From Chara braunii (lineage: Eukaryota > Plantae > Charophyceae): a stretch of DNA of 57,839 nt. A program made the position numbers and the translations under genes. Positions 35,012-47,635 of the stretch are shown in pieces. The stretch lies in NCBI GenBank assembly GCA_003427395.1, contig BFEA01000025.1, forward strand, positions 949,625 through 1,007,463. The letters are read 5' to 3'. A model generated the notes under the pieces. That model was not told the origin of the DNA. It did not search any database and saw nothing but the letters and a program-made list of their open reading frames with translations. Every line of letters starts with the position of its first letter. Position 1 is the stretch's first letter.

Positions 35012-38005
35012 CGAGCACTTAACAAAAACCAGGGCTACCTCGCGGACGCTAAGAAAAAAGTTGACATTTGATAGGGCAAACATCACGGAGTTCCTAATAG
35101 ATTACAAGAACCTAGCTGCGTTGTTGAAGTGGACTGAAGAAGAAAAGATGAACCATCTAGAACAGCATTTGTCATTGAGTCTGGAACGGGACATAATGGT
35201 CATCGTAGTGGCGAGTCGATCTTGGAAGGAAACCCGGGATGTAATGATGAGGAAGTACCTGGCAGCGGAGAAAATGACAACGAAGGCCGACTTAGCGGCA
35301 GTTCAAAGGAGGAACTTTGCAACATACAACGACTTCCTACAAAAGTTTACCCTGGTAGCACTACGGATCCCAGGGGTTACAGACCGGATAATGAGCAAGT
35401 ACTTCCTCAGGCAGTTCTCCGAGTTCGACAAGGACAAGATCCTGTCGGTCTACCAACAGACGAGCAAGTTTGTAAACACCAGGGATGTTGATTTTAGTAC
35501 GGTAACGGATCTGGCCGAGAAGACAGTAGTAACCGAGATATTGGCCTTGCTTAAGGAAGGGGAAGTCATAGATCTGACCGGTAGGACAGGCGATAAGGTA
35601 AAGAGGGGGATTGAAAGTCTACATAAACGCGTGCACGGAGTCGACAATAAGATTGAAAGGGTGGAGAACGCGCTGATGGTTATGCAGGCGTAAGTATCCC
35701 GACTCGCCCTCCCTCCCCAAGAAGCCGTAGTCCAGGCAAGAATGGCTAACCGAGGATTCAGTCGGAGAGATCCCGCTAATGAACAATGCATGTATTGCAT
35801 CGCGGTAGGATATTTTGTGCGTACATGTCCAAAGTTCAACCACAATATACTAAAAAGGAGATGTACCAGATCATTAAAGGGGGAGATATTCGGGTCACAG
35901 GGAGAACGGGTGAATTGAAACTCGTCAGGGGGAATGCAGCGCGCCATTATCTTCCTCAATGGGTTAGAGATAGCAGCAGTAGAGGCTAAGCCAGTGGTCG
36001 ATATCATCTGGGACCAACTCCGGGGCCGCGGATCGCAGGTCAATTTCATTTTGGAAGGCGATGGACGTGATAGGGTGAACGCGATCACTCAACTTGGGAC
36101 GGTTGGAAGAAGGATTATCCGTGACACCGTGATGAAGGAGGTTGCTGGAGGTTCTGCACCCCAGGCAGAGCCCGAGGCCGGGGTGCCCGAGAAAATCTAT
36201 GGGAAGCCTAGGGAAGAGAAACCTACAGACAAGGTCACTGCTGTTAAGAAAAAGTTCAGGTATCAAATCCCGATCCTAACCATGCATGAGATCAATGACA
36301 CCCTTAGCAAATTGCTAGGAACCATTGTGTCAGTATCGTTTCAGACCATGTTGCAGGCCAACCCCAGGTTGCTCAAAGGGCTTAGGCAACTGTTGACTCA
36401 ACGACGAGTAGAGATAGACGAAAACCTCAAAACGCCGGAAGAGGAAAGGGAGGAGGAAGCTCCGCAAGGAGTCGCTAATCTTCAATGGAGTCCCGGGGAT
36501 TTGGAGGATCTAGAGAAGGTCTTTGCAAACATCCGCCTGAGCTTGCCAGACCACGAAGGCGGCGAGGTTATGAGGGTTCCACCAGGAACAAAGCTCAGTT
36601 TTCATGCGCTGCCAGTAGGAAAGCTGAAAGTGGAGATCGGAACACATTACACAGATGCGCTAGTCGGCGGAGGTGTGGAAATCACACTCATACGAAGAGA
36701 TTTCGCAACGGTTACCGGCCGAGTAGTTAACAAGGAGGTAATGGGGAGCATCCGAGGGGCTGGCAGCGAGATCCCGTTTTCAGGATACGTCACCAAGTGT
36801 GCATTCAAGGCAGGCATCAGAAAGTCGATTTAGTCATTTCAGCGGATGACCGTGCTAGACGAGATGAACCATGATATAATCCTCGGGAGACCATGGTGCA
36901 CCAATGTAGAAATAATAGGGATGCATCTGTATGATGGCACCTACATGGTAGACCTGGAGGATCCGGTAAATGGTCGTGGGAAGCTCCCTCGACTCATCTG
37001 GGCCAGAAGGGACCCGCCTAAAGGGAAGTTAGCAACGTGGTGGCCGTCGTTTGAAGATAGCACACGAAAGGGGTCCTTTGCACGAATGGAGGGTATGAGA
37101 GAAAGGGTAGAGATTATGATTGAGGAATTATTAAATAAGAAAGAATGGATCAAGATGGGCCTGCCCTAGAGGAAGAGAAGGCATGAGGGCGAGGTCTTAG
37201 GTGTTATGGTGCCAGAAAGGGAGTCAGAAGTCGAACTCGGAGTCAGTCTGCCCAGGCGGAGAGAGGTGTGGAAGGAGTTACCAAAAATCGCACTCGAGAT
37301 CCCCGACCTATTGCAGCTCATCAAAGGTATCAGGTATCACAAAGTAAGAGTGGAACCGGTGGCGCTGGCCAAATTTGAAGGGGAAGTATAGAAGGGGTAT
37401 TGTCTGAATGGGAAAATAGTCAGTATTCAACCATGGGTCGCGGAGGCAACAAGAGCAACCCGGAAGGAAGTGTTCGAAAGTACAAGCCAGTAGGAAAGAA
37501 AGCGCAACCAGTCTCAATCCTGCCAGAGACATCTAAGGAAGAGGCTATGGAGAAGGAGGAGAAAGTCCTTCGAGTAATCCGAGAGAGGTGAGCGACGATA
37601 GGGCATCGGATACCAGATAAGGTAGCTGATACAATGAAGATAAGAATAGACGGATTCTTAACGGAAGAAGAAACCCGCCTGATCAAAAGAGCCTGTCAGG
37701 AGATTCATCTGGCATTTGCCTTTAGTGATCATCAAAATTGGCGGTTGGACGCAAAGCTAATTCCCCCTGTCAGAATCCACACGGTAGAGCATAAGTGCTG
37801 GAATGACAAGGGGCCGTCCTATGAATTTGGGATAGCAGGGGAAGTGACAGACCTTCTTCGAGGAAAGATTGATTCCTTCGTCGCGGAGCCTACGGCGTCA
37901 CCATATGCGAACATGTGGTTCGTATTTCGAAAGTCTAACAAGACGCTGAGATAGATTCAAGATCTGCAGAAGTTGAATGCGGTAACCGTCCGGGATGCTG
38001 GTTCG
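35012..38005 (+). pseudogene. gag-pol: gag (copy 2) - aspartic protease - RT N-terminus
   Basis: DALVGGGVEITLI (catalytic D lost), DIILGRPW, SPYANMWFVFRKSNKTLR*IQDLQKLNAVTVRDAGS (gypsy RT start). Confidence 0.88.
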
Positions 38006-38010
38006 CGCGA

Positions 38011-39146
38011 CACATCAACACATGCTTGAACTTGACAAAGTGAAAATTGAACTAGTGGAACACTCACACATTAGTAGAAGAGCAACTAAGTGAGAACCGG
38101 AACATCAACACATGCTTGAACTTGACAAAGTGAAGATTGAACTAGTGGAATAAACACACATGAGTAGAAGAGCAACAAAGTGAGAACCGGAACATCAACA
38201 CATGCTTGAACTTGACAAAGGGAAAATTGAACTAGTGGAACACATTCACATGAGTAGAAGAGCAACTAAGTGTGACTCGGAACATCAACACATGCTCGAA
38301 CTTGACAAAGTGAAGTTTAAACTAGTAAAACATATTCACATGAGTAGGAGGGCAACTAAGCGTGAATCGGAACATCAACGCATGCTTGAACTTGACAAAG
38401 AATTTGTGGAACACATTCACATGAGTAGAAGAGTAACTAAGTGTGAATCGGAACATCAACACGTATTTGAACTTGACAAATAATTAGTGGAACACATTCA
38501 CATGAGTAGAAGAGCAACTAAGTGTGAATCGGAATATCAACACATGCTTGAACTTGACAAAGAACTAGTGGGACACATTCACATGAGTAGAAGAGCAACT
38601 AAGTCTGAATCGGAACATCAACACATGCTTGATCTTGACAAAGAACTAGTGGAATACACTCACATGAGAAGAAGACCAACTTAGTGTGAATCGGAACATT
38701 AGCACATGCTTGAACTTGACAAAGAACTAGTGGAACACACTCACATGAGTAGAAGAGTAACTAAGTAAGAACCGAAACATCAACACATGCTTGAACTAGA
38801 CAAAGAACTTGTGGAATACATTCGCATGAGTAGAAGAGCAACTAAGTAAGAACCGAAACGTCAACACATGCTTGAACTTGAGAAAGTGAAGATTGAACTA
38901 GTGGAACACATTCACATGAGTAAAAGAGCAACTAAGTGTGAATCAGAACATCAACACATGCTTGAACTTAACAAAGAACTCGTGGAATGCATTCACATGA
39001 GTAGAAGAGCAACGAAGTGTGAATCGTAACATCAACACATGTTTGAACCTGACGAAGAACTTAGTGGAAGACACTCACATGAGTAGAAGAGCAACTAATT
39101 AAGAACCGGAACATCAACACATGCTTGAACTTGACAAAGAACTAGT
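38011..39146. repeat. Satellite with 90-bp and 81-bp units, replacing the pol core
   Basis: aacatcaacacatgcttgaacttgacaaag recurs with periods of 90 and 81. Confidence 0.97.
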
Positions 39147-39368
39147 GAGACTTGGTCTGGGCAACTGGGGAGGAGGTTCAAAGGCCCCTAGCGGGTCGCC
39201 AAGCAGGTGGGCTTAAATACCTTCGAACTGGAAGATTTGGATGAAACTGGATTGAAAGGACCTTTCCCGGTGCAACGATTGGTCAGGTTTCTAAGTCGGG
39301 ACCCATTGGAACAATGGCTTCAAGAGGCCGAGGATAAGGAAACTGAGGGGCTACACGCCAAGGACTAA
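39147..39368 (+). pseudogene. Integrase C-terminal GPY/F module
   Basis: ETWSGQLGRRFKGP*RVAKQVGLNTFELEDLDETGLKGPFPVQRLVRFLSRD. Confidence 0.8.
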
Positions 39369-39646
39369 CAGCGGCCTTGATCACACTATGGTTTTGTCTC
39401 TGACAGCGTCTGTGGGACTGTTATTTTTCTTTTGGGGATGGGGCAATGGTTTGGACTAAGTAAAGTTGGAAGGTGGGATATCATGGGACTTTGCGATAAC
39501 GGATTTTGTGTGACGAGGGGGAAGGTTGCGGGGAGTATTGTATCATAGTTTTTTATGGGAAAAGTAATGGGATCATTACAAACGTGACATCTGCATGGGA
39601 GGGGAGTGTATAATGGTGGTCTGGTGCGAAGGATACTGGGAGCATT

Positions 39647-40609
39647 GTGCGGGAAGGAGAATTGCCTACCAAACTGGGGAAACGTATGTATAAGGGGTTT
39701 GTCGGGTGTTGTTTTGTTATACAGGATCAGAAAGGAAACGTTAGAAAAGCGAAAATAGAGTTCGGCAACAAAAATGGCAGTGGGGCAATCAACAGGCCTA
39801 GCGAAGGGGGAGGAGCAGAGCCAAGTCGTGGTCGGAGGACGACAAAGAGAAAATTGTACATAGGGTACATGTCCAAACTTGTAGTAGGCAGGGGGGCGAG
39901 AAAACAAGTATGTAGAGGACCCTCGTCTTTTACAAAAGGGGAAGGGGTATACATCTCATCAGGGAGTGAGAGCGAGGAAGAGAAAGCAGATATGGGAGAA
40001 AGGGCTCAGACCTCTGACGAGGGAGGGGTCGAGCAATGCAAGCAGCATGAGCCTTGGCAAGGGGACAGCGAGGGGGGACATGGCATGTGCAACGAGCGAG
40101 AAGATGGGAAGGGGAGAAGGGAAAGCTCGTGTGAAGAACGCAACGGCCATGACAGTTGTGAGGGGAGGTACCCGGACTTTGAAGAAGGAGATGGGAGAAG
40201 AACAGAGATTCCTTATAAGCTGGATCCAAAAAAACTCACGGGAGGGTTCTGCCCCATACGGACGGAGGAAGAGGTGAACGAGGAGGAAGAAGTGCAAGAG
40301 GTTATCGAGATAAGCAGTAGCGATGAAAGGGATGAAATCTCAAGGCCCAGAGAAGAGAGGCGACCTCCGGTACACCAGCCGCGTGAAGAAGCCTTCACAT
40401 AGGAAGATGATTTTGGATTGACGCCCTGTCGTTGGTTTCAACAATGGCTTAGTGTAATCAAGCACGATTAGATTATCAAGACTAGGGAACTCGTTGAGGC
40501 AGGAGTGGCGGTCACGCCGTTGGATTTTTACAGTGAGCTAGAATTGCAAGAAATTATGAAGAGAAAGAGAGAAATCATGGTCTTCGGCATGGGAGTTAAA
40601 AACCAGTAG
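39647..40609 (+). pseudogene. Extra sense ORF downstream of pol (acidic, disordered N-terminal part)
   Basis: 251-aa frame continues through two stops into ...IIKTRELVEAGVAVTPLDFYSELEL... Confidence 0.55.
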
Positions 40610-40837
40610 AAATACAAGATGGGCAAGGGGCCGAGCAAGATGAGACACGTGACAACAATAGGGACTAGATATTATCTGTATTGAACAAGAACTGTGTTTT
40701 TTATCGTTTGCAAACATTAGAACGACAGAATGTGTATAGTATGAGTGAGCTTGCTAAGGATGAGTGATGAAAGGACTAGGTAAGATTGTGCCACGATGAG
40801 TTAGAAGATAGCATTTTGGAGCTACTTTTTTGATGAG

Positions 40838-41458
40838 CTAGAAGGGTCCATATTTCAACGATGTCTTATAGAACTCCTCAGTCAGCCACGCACACTCTAT
40901 ATGCGTTTCTTTCATGGAGTCGGCCACCTCTAAGATGTGGTTGAAACCCCCAAACCACTCGGCTACGAACTCAGGCACCCAAGCCATTGTTCGCAGACTG
41001 GGAGGCATGAGTTCCTTCCATCCCCCCATCACAACTTTACTACTGACTACGTCCCATCCTTTGTTGGCAAACCTCTCACCCTCCTTTCGGGTTTGCACCT
41101 CCGTATCCCCCAGAAGCCACAACGGATCCTGTCCCGTTGTTATCATAGTGCAGAATAGGCACCACCCGTCCTCGGAAAGAACGACTGTTCCGACCAATTT
41201 CACTTTTCCTTCCGCTATCTCATCCCAGCCTTCCTCTTTCCTTATTGGGTTCCAAATCTGCTCTATCCATACGTATGATAGTCCCGGGACAACTTCAAAC
41301 TCAACCCAGTCGCATGTTGTCCCTCTCCATTCGTTTTCTGTTGGTATAGGCATTTTTATTCCCCCCTTGAGTCGCCTTGGTTGCCATCCCTTGAAAGTGC
41401 AGTCCATCAGCAATTCCTCTTTAGTCATCTTCTCTCTTCTTGCACAACGCCAGGCCAC
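40838..41458 (-). CDS. Antisense accessory ORF B7 (family B)
   Basis: YVWIE, GTVVLSEDGW, GQDPL, AWVPEFV. Confidence 0.7.
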   Translation of the reverse strand: MAWRCARREKMTKEELLMDCTFKGWQPRRLKGGIKMPIPTENEWRGTTCDWVEFEVVPGLSYVWIEQIWNPIRKEEGWDEIAEGKVKLVGTVVLSEDGWCLFCTMITTGQDPLWLLGDTEVQTRKEGERFANKGWDVVSSKVVMGGWKELMPPSLRTMAWVPEFVAEWFGGFNHILEVADSMKETHIECAWLTEEFYKTSLKYGPF

Positions 41459-41494
41459 TCGGTTCCCCTAAGTAAGTCATTCACCTTAAACGTC

Positions 41495-42298
41495 TCAGTC
41501 CTCTATCTCATCCCCTTCATCCTCGTCGCTGAAGTCGTCCTCTTCGTTGTAGAACAATTCCTTCATTCCTTCCAGGAACGTCTCCCCTACTGCCACATTT
41601 CTGTAAACTATCCTCCAATGCACAGAGCTTTGGACAAGGACGTTGTCTATGCTAAGGCAATGCAATATCTCGGTCAGCTCTTCCGCCCAGTTTCCTCCAA
41701 ACGGCCCCATTTCTTCCGACAACCAGAAGAAGTCATGTCTGGCGCATTGGTATAGTCCGAGGGTCGTCATGGACTGGCATATCCGTACTATCCTGCTCCG
41801 GGTTTCGAAGACCGCATCCACCAGAAAGGGAGGCAACACACATCACATAGTTCTGACGGATCGCCTCACGCTTTCTTTATCCCTGAGTTCCACTCGCACA
41901 TCTACCCTTTCCATTTCCATTTCTGCCCGCTGACATCCAGTCCATAGAACCTCTCTCTCTGTCTTCCTAAACAAGCCGTCCGACGTATTCCCTTGCACCA
42001 ATTCTATGACCATAGCATTTTCCCCATCTTGCGACAAGTAGACCCACCCCCGGGCTTCCATTGTCCCTCGGAACTCCAAATCCATTAAGCTTGGCGACAA
42101 CCTCGTCAAGCTGACTTTGGTCCATACCGTTTCTATCCATAGGAAAGCGTTTTCCTCTTCCAGCATTATGGTTTGATATGCTGGCTCAATATCAGTCCAC
42201 GTCCCATCTTCGGGGAGGACAATCGATACCCCATCCTTTACATCTACCGGCATTTTCGGACTGCTGGTATAGATCGGGGATGACAACCACCGCACCAT
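41495..42298 (-). pseudogene. Antisense accessory ORF B6 (family B)
   Basis: MVRW...FLWIE...GWVYLSQDG...LVQG; 41843-42298 and 41495-41839 are one frame split by a TGA (CVLPPFL follows). Confidence 0.7.
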
Positions 42299-44817
42299 CT
42301 TGTTTCCAGTACCCGACCCCTGTTTTCATTAAAGAGTACCAAACGGCCCTTTCCGGTCAGGTCAACCCACGTCCTAGATGAGAATTATTTCAGACTCTTC
42401 ATCAAGGTCTCCTTAATTTACCTCCCCATTCCTAAGTACCACCTTCCCATAGTACCCTCAGTCGGTCATCCATTTTCCAACATTTTTTCTCTTAGTTCCC
42501 TTCCGACTGACCTTTATCCTCCTTTCTTCCAATCAACTCTCACTCGTGTAGACTTAGATGGGGAGGTGAGAATAGACTAGAATTATACCCCGTTCAACAG
42601 TCCAAGATCATTGAACCATTACAGAGGGGGAATACATATATAAAAAAAAGCAGGCAATCTCACATACCGGTCGGTCATCTCCTTAACGGCCTATCCCTAT
42701 ATGGTCTCTCCACTGGTACTATCGACAGAGTTTTATCTCATACCTCAAGCGCAGCTTAACCGTTGCGAGCGTGGTACCCAGGCTTCGGCACAGGATGTTA
42801 CTCCTCTTCATTCGTCCAAAATACCCCATCCCGTTTTGTCGCTCTTGCATACCCTCGTTGGTACCTGAAATCACCCCGCGGACCCCGTTAGGAGCAATAG
42901 TCAGTCGTCCGGGCATTCACTTTCATCGGTCCGACAATAATCAGTCTTTCTCAAGCCGTGCTACGGGAAGTTACTAATCGTCTCCGAGGTTCCCTCTTTG
43001 CCCCGCATCCAGTGGTACTCCCCCCGCCAGTCAACAGGCTAAGCCCCGCCTAAGAAGACATTTCGCACCCCGCCTGGGCAAGATCATCGAGCCATGCTCG
43101 GACCGTCCGGGTGAGAATGCTACTAATCAACCGGCCAGACAGACTCTCGTTTGACAGCTTGGTGGTCCAACCTCCACACACGAAACCCGACGAACTTCAA
43201 AGAGAGCGACGTTTCACAACCTGCACCAGTCGGTACAGACCCATCATTTTCTTCCGAAAGGCAAGATGCTTAAATCCCATCATGCAAGTCACAAGTCCCA
43301 AGTGGGACACACATAATAAAAGTGTCTTTCTCTGGTGCACCCAGCGCTTCCTACCCATGACTCACAAATTTTCTCTCAGGACAATGAGTGTCACTCCTCG
43401 TACTTCCACACACAGTGATTGATTCCTTCTCATCGATAATCTTCAAAGGTGAGTTAGTTTTCCTTGGAGTCTATCAACTCCCTTCATTCCCTTTCTCTTC
43501 ATTCGTATGTCCTTTTATAGGGAGAGATTGTTTCTTCTTGATGACCCATTGTGTTCATGTTGGTTTCTTCAAGCATTTCAATGTGTATGGTGCATGAGCC
43601 CAAGAAGAAGAAAGAAGGGCACCCATTCGGTCAGATCACTCCGCCACGGGATTTTCATCGGACTCCGGCCGAAGCTGAAGGACCAACCGTCTGTCAGGTA
43701 ACCAGAGCCCTTTTTTCGCACGAAGAGGAAGGGTCGACCTGCGACTTGCCCAAGGCTTCCCCAGACAGGCGAACACCAGCACCGGATGAAGGAGGGCTAG
43801 AGTCATTCCACAAGGAGATGGTTAATCAAGTGTATAGCATGCATGTTATACCTCCAGGCTTGGCCATGCCATGCGCCCAACCACTCTCAAATTTGATTCT
43901 CACAAGGGAAAGAGCAAACACAAGTCCAATTTCTTTATCTTTGGTTGTGTACACGTCAATGCGTCGGATGCTCCCTTCGGAATCGCAAGGGTCAGTTTAA
44001 CCCCCTATTCGTCACCTCCACCATTTTTTGTAGGGCCAAACCCCGGTAGACTTTCGAGCCTTAGTCGACCTCACTGCGAGTCCCAGTTGGCTCGGCCCGC
44101 CCACGCTCATGTTCAGAGCGCGGGCCGTTCGTCCCAGGGTCATCCCCACCTAGTGTTTTGAGATGGATAGGGGTGGGTCATCGCGCGAGAGAGCTTTGAC
44201 ATTGGGGATGTAGCTCAGCCTTCACGCTAGGTGGTGGTCTCGCTGGTCATTCCGTAGCGCTGATTTTTTTTTTTTATGATTCTTGGTTGTGTTCTCAAGC
44301 AATTGCTCCTTCCAATACGCAGACAGTCCAAGGGTTCTTTGAGAGTTTCTCTTCTCTTGTGCGCAGATTAAGCGTCATCCTTTGGTCGCGCACCATTTTC
44401 CTAAGCATTGCAATTCTATGGCGTCATCAGGGTGCGACGATACCGTCCTCCCCCTCGCCTCTACGCACCTATCGAGTCTCAAGCATCTCATTCATCATCC
44501 TTGACGCAGGCCCCTTAGTCTTTTCGGGGCCTTCACATGCATGCACAGGCTACTTCACATTTTTCATAGCAAGATTGCATTCCTCCTTTTCTTTTACACT
44601 CCAAGACACAAATGCAAGGATTACTTCCATGGATTGGCTTCATGCTAAAGGTCTCGTAGCCCTTTTGCCCCTCTTTCCTTTTCCTTCGTCGCCCGGTCTC
44701 TCCCGACCCTATCCCGCTCAAGGCATCCCTAGCCTTTACTTACCTGCACAAACCTACACAAGGCAAAACCCAATACAATCCCCCATTGGAGAAAATGTTA
44801 ACAACATGTTTTTTTTT

Positions 44818-45366
44818 TCAGGATGCCTAAAGAGGTGAATTCAGGATGCCTATAAAGCTCTACAGTGGGAGCCATAGGAAGGGGGGGGGGTGCTTTCAGG
44901 CCCTTTAGGACATTCACCCCTTCAGGATCGTTCATATTGTTCAGGATGTCAAAACGACACAACAGTGGAAACGAAAGGTGGGGATGAGTGTTCCTTTCAG
45001 ACCTTTGAATGCATTTACCCCTTCAGGATCGTTCTGGATCACCAACCTTAACAGTCGGAGTCATACAGTGGGTGGGGGTGATTTCAGGCCTTCAGGGTAT
45101 TTACCCCTTTGGGATCGTTCAGGATCCTCAAGCTTAACAGCGGGAGTCATACGGTGGGGGGGGTGCTTTCAGGCCTTCAGAACATTTACCCCTTCAGGAT
45201 CGTTCAGGATCCTCAAGCTTAACAGCGGGAGCCATACGGTGGGGAGGGGTGCTTTCAAGCCTTCATGCCATTCACTCCTTCAGGATCGTTCAGGATCCTT
45301 AGCACTTAACAGTGGGAGGCATAGGGTGGGGGGGGTGCTTTCATGCCTTCAGGGCATTCACCCCTT
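44818..45366. repeat. About 86-bp minisatellite, about 6 copies
   Basis: ggatcgttc recurs at about 45026, 45112, 45197 and 45283. Confidence 0.9.
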
Positions 45367-45746
45367 AATGATGGTTCACCGAAAAAAAAAAAATAATGAA
45401 ACAAAATCATGAAGATTACGAACAATNNNNNNNNNNNNNNNNNNNNNNNNNNNNNNNNNNNNNNNNNNNNNNNNNNNNNNNNNNNNNNNNNNNNNNNNNN
45501 NNNNNNNNNNNNNNNNNNNNNNNNNNNNNNNNNNNNNNNNNNNNNNNNNNNNNNNNNNNNNNNNNNNNNNNNNNNNNNNNNNNNNNNNNNNNNNNNNNNN
45601 NNNNNNNNNNNNNNNNNNNNNNNNNNNNNNNNNNNNNNNNNNNNNNNNNNNNNNNNNNNNNNNNNNNNNNNNNNNNNNNNNNNNNNNNNNNNNNNNNNNN
45701 NNNNNNNNNNNNNNNNNNNNNNNNNNNNNNNNNNNNNNNNNNNNNN

Positions 45747-45904
45747 AACATCTTCTACCCCAAGTTTTCACAATTGCAAGTTATGATTCATCACGTACAA
45801 ATATGAATCCAAACCCGAATTCACCATGAACAACATCTTCTACCCCAAACTTTCACAATGGCAAGTTATGATTCATCACGTACAAACTTGAATTCAAACC
45901 CGAA
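45747..45904. repeat. 85-bp tandem repeat next to a gap
   Basis: aacatcttctacccc at 45747 and 45832. Confidence 0.85.
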
Positions 45905-46361
45905 AAACCGCTTAATTTTTCTCACTTTCATAATGTTCATTTGTGAATATTCATCTATGTGATAACCACTTGTGCCACATTGGGGTCAACACATAACCCT
46001 TCCCGCATGCCTAACTTTTCTTTGTCTTCGGCTTCCATTTGTGCTCAATCAATACATTCTCTTCTCGTAGTCATGCAGTCGGGGAAATGGTTGAGTCAAA
46101 CTGACCTTGCTTTAACTTATACTTTCTCCCGGATGCCGCCTTTTCCCACTTTTTCAAACGTCATTTCGTTTGCCTTCTTGGTGGCACAAGGGACCGGTTA
46201 CCCTTCCCTCGTTATATTTCTCCATCAAGTGAGGTCTGATTTCTTTTACCGTTCGCACCCTGGCAATGTAACAAGTGAGGGGAGAAGGGTTAGTCATATG
46301 CCAAGTGAGGGGAAGGGAGAGAGGGGGGCAAGGCGAAGAAGGAGAGAGAGAGAAAGAGTGG

Positions 46362-46393
<32 letters not shown>

Positions 46394-46411
46394 GAAACAG
46401 GAAGAGAAAAA

Positions 46412-46459
<48 letters not shown>

Positions 46460-46559
46460 CTAGTCATAATCAAATCATCACACCGTAATAGAAGTCAAAT
46501 GCCAGTTACCCATCCCATAGTGAAAGAGTCTTCTAGTGTTGAAATAGAACACTACCATA

Positions 46560-47635
46560 CACATGAACTTGACAAGGTGAAGACGGAACTAGTGGAACAC
46601 ATTCACATGAGTAGAAGATCAACTGAGCAAGAACCGGCACATCAACACATGCTTGAACTTGACAAAGTAAAAATTGAACTAGTGGAACACTCACACATCA
46701 GTAGAAGAGCAAGTAAGTGAGAACCGGAACATCAACACATGCTTGAACTTGACAAAGTGAAGATTGAACTAGTGGAACAAACACACATGAGTAGAAGAGC
46801 AACGAAGTGAGAACCGGAACATCAACACATGCTTGAACTTGACAAATTGAAGATTGAACTCGTAGAACACATCCACATCAGTAGAAGAGCAACTAAGTGT
46901 GACTCGGATCATCAACTCATGCTCGAGCTTGACAAAGTGAAGTTTGAACTAGTAAAACATATTCACATGAGTAGGAGGGCAACTAAGTGTGAATCGGAAC
47001 ATCAACACATGCTTGAACTTGACAAATAACTTTTGGAACACATTCACAAGAGTAGAAGAGTAACTAAGTGTGAATTGGAACATCAACACATATTTGGACT
47101 TGACAAATAATTAGTGGAACATATTCACATGAGTAGAAGAGCAACTAAGTGTGAATCGGAATATCAACACATATTTGAACTTGACAAAGAACTAGTGGGA
47201 CACATTCACATGAGTAGAACAACAACTAAGTGTGAATTGGAACATCAACACATGCTTGATCTTGACAAAAAACTAGTGGAACACACTCACATGAGAAGAA
47301 GACCAACTAAGTGTGAATCGGAATATCAGCACATGCTTGAACTTGACAAAGAACTAGTGGAACACACTCACATGAGTAGAAGAGCAACTAAGTAAGAACC
47401 GGAACGTCAACACATGTTTGAACTTGAGAAAGTGAAGATTGAACTAGTAGAACACATTCACATGAGTAGAAGAGCAACTAAGTGTGAATCGAAACATCAA
47501 CACATGTTTGAACTTGACAAAGGGAAGATTGAACTAGTGGAACACATTCACATGAGTAGAAGAGCAACTAAGTGTGACTCGGAACATCAACACATGCTCG
47601 ACCTTGACAAAGTGAAGTTTGAACTAGTAAAACAT
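46560..47635. repeat. Satellite with 90/81-bp units (same family as 38011-39146)
   Basis: Same unit and same order of unit variants. Confidence 0.97.

Larger units (their letters stand above)
25650..43110 (+). mobile_element. Large decayed Ty3/gypsy-like retroelement (possibly composite) with accessory ORF arrays
   Basis: gag, protease, RT start and integrase C-terminus occur in gypsy order, with extra ORFs 5' of gag and 3' of pol; no LTR pair identified, so boundaries are approximate. Confidence 0.75.
44030..46325 (-). mobile_element. Unclassified dispersed repeat, copy 3 (interrupted by minisatellites and a gap)
   Basis: 44030-44690 and 46170-46320 match copies 1 and 2; followed by a (GA)n tract at 46342-46456. 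Confidence 0.7.

Noticed and set aside
38202-38684. His-rich repeat protein ORFs (MLELDK...EHQH), also at 46829-47662
   Set aside because: These are translations of a satellite whose unit lengths are divisible by 3; many units contain stops
38011-39146. CRISPR-like array
   Set aside because: Whole units repeat with no unique spacers; no cas genes; eukaryotic context
43645-43700. 3' LTR matching about 25585-25630 (cggcc..agct-aaggacca)
   Set aside because: The match is too short and diverged, with no TG...CA ends, PPT junction or TSD
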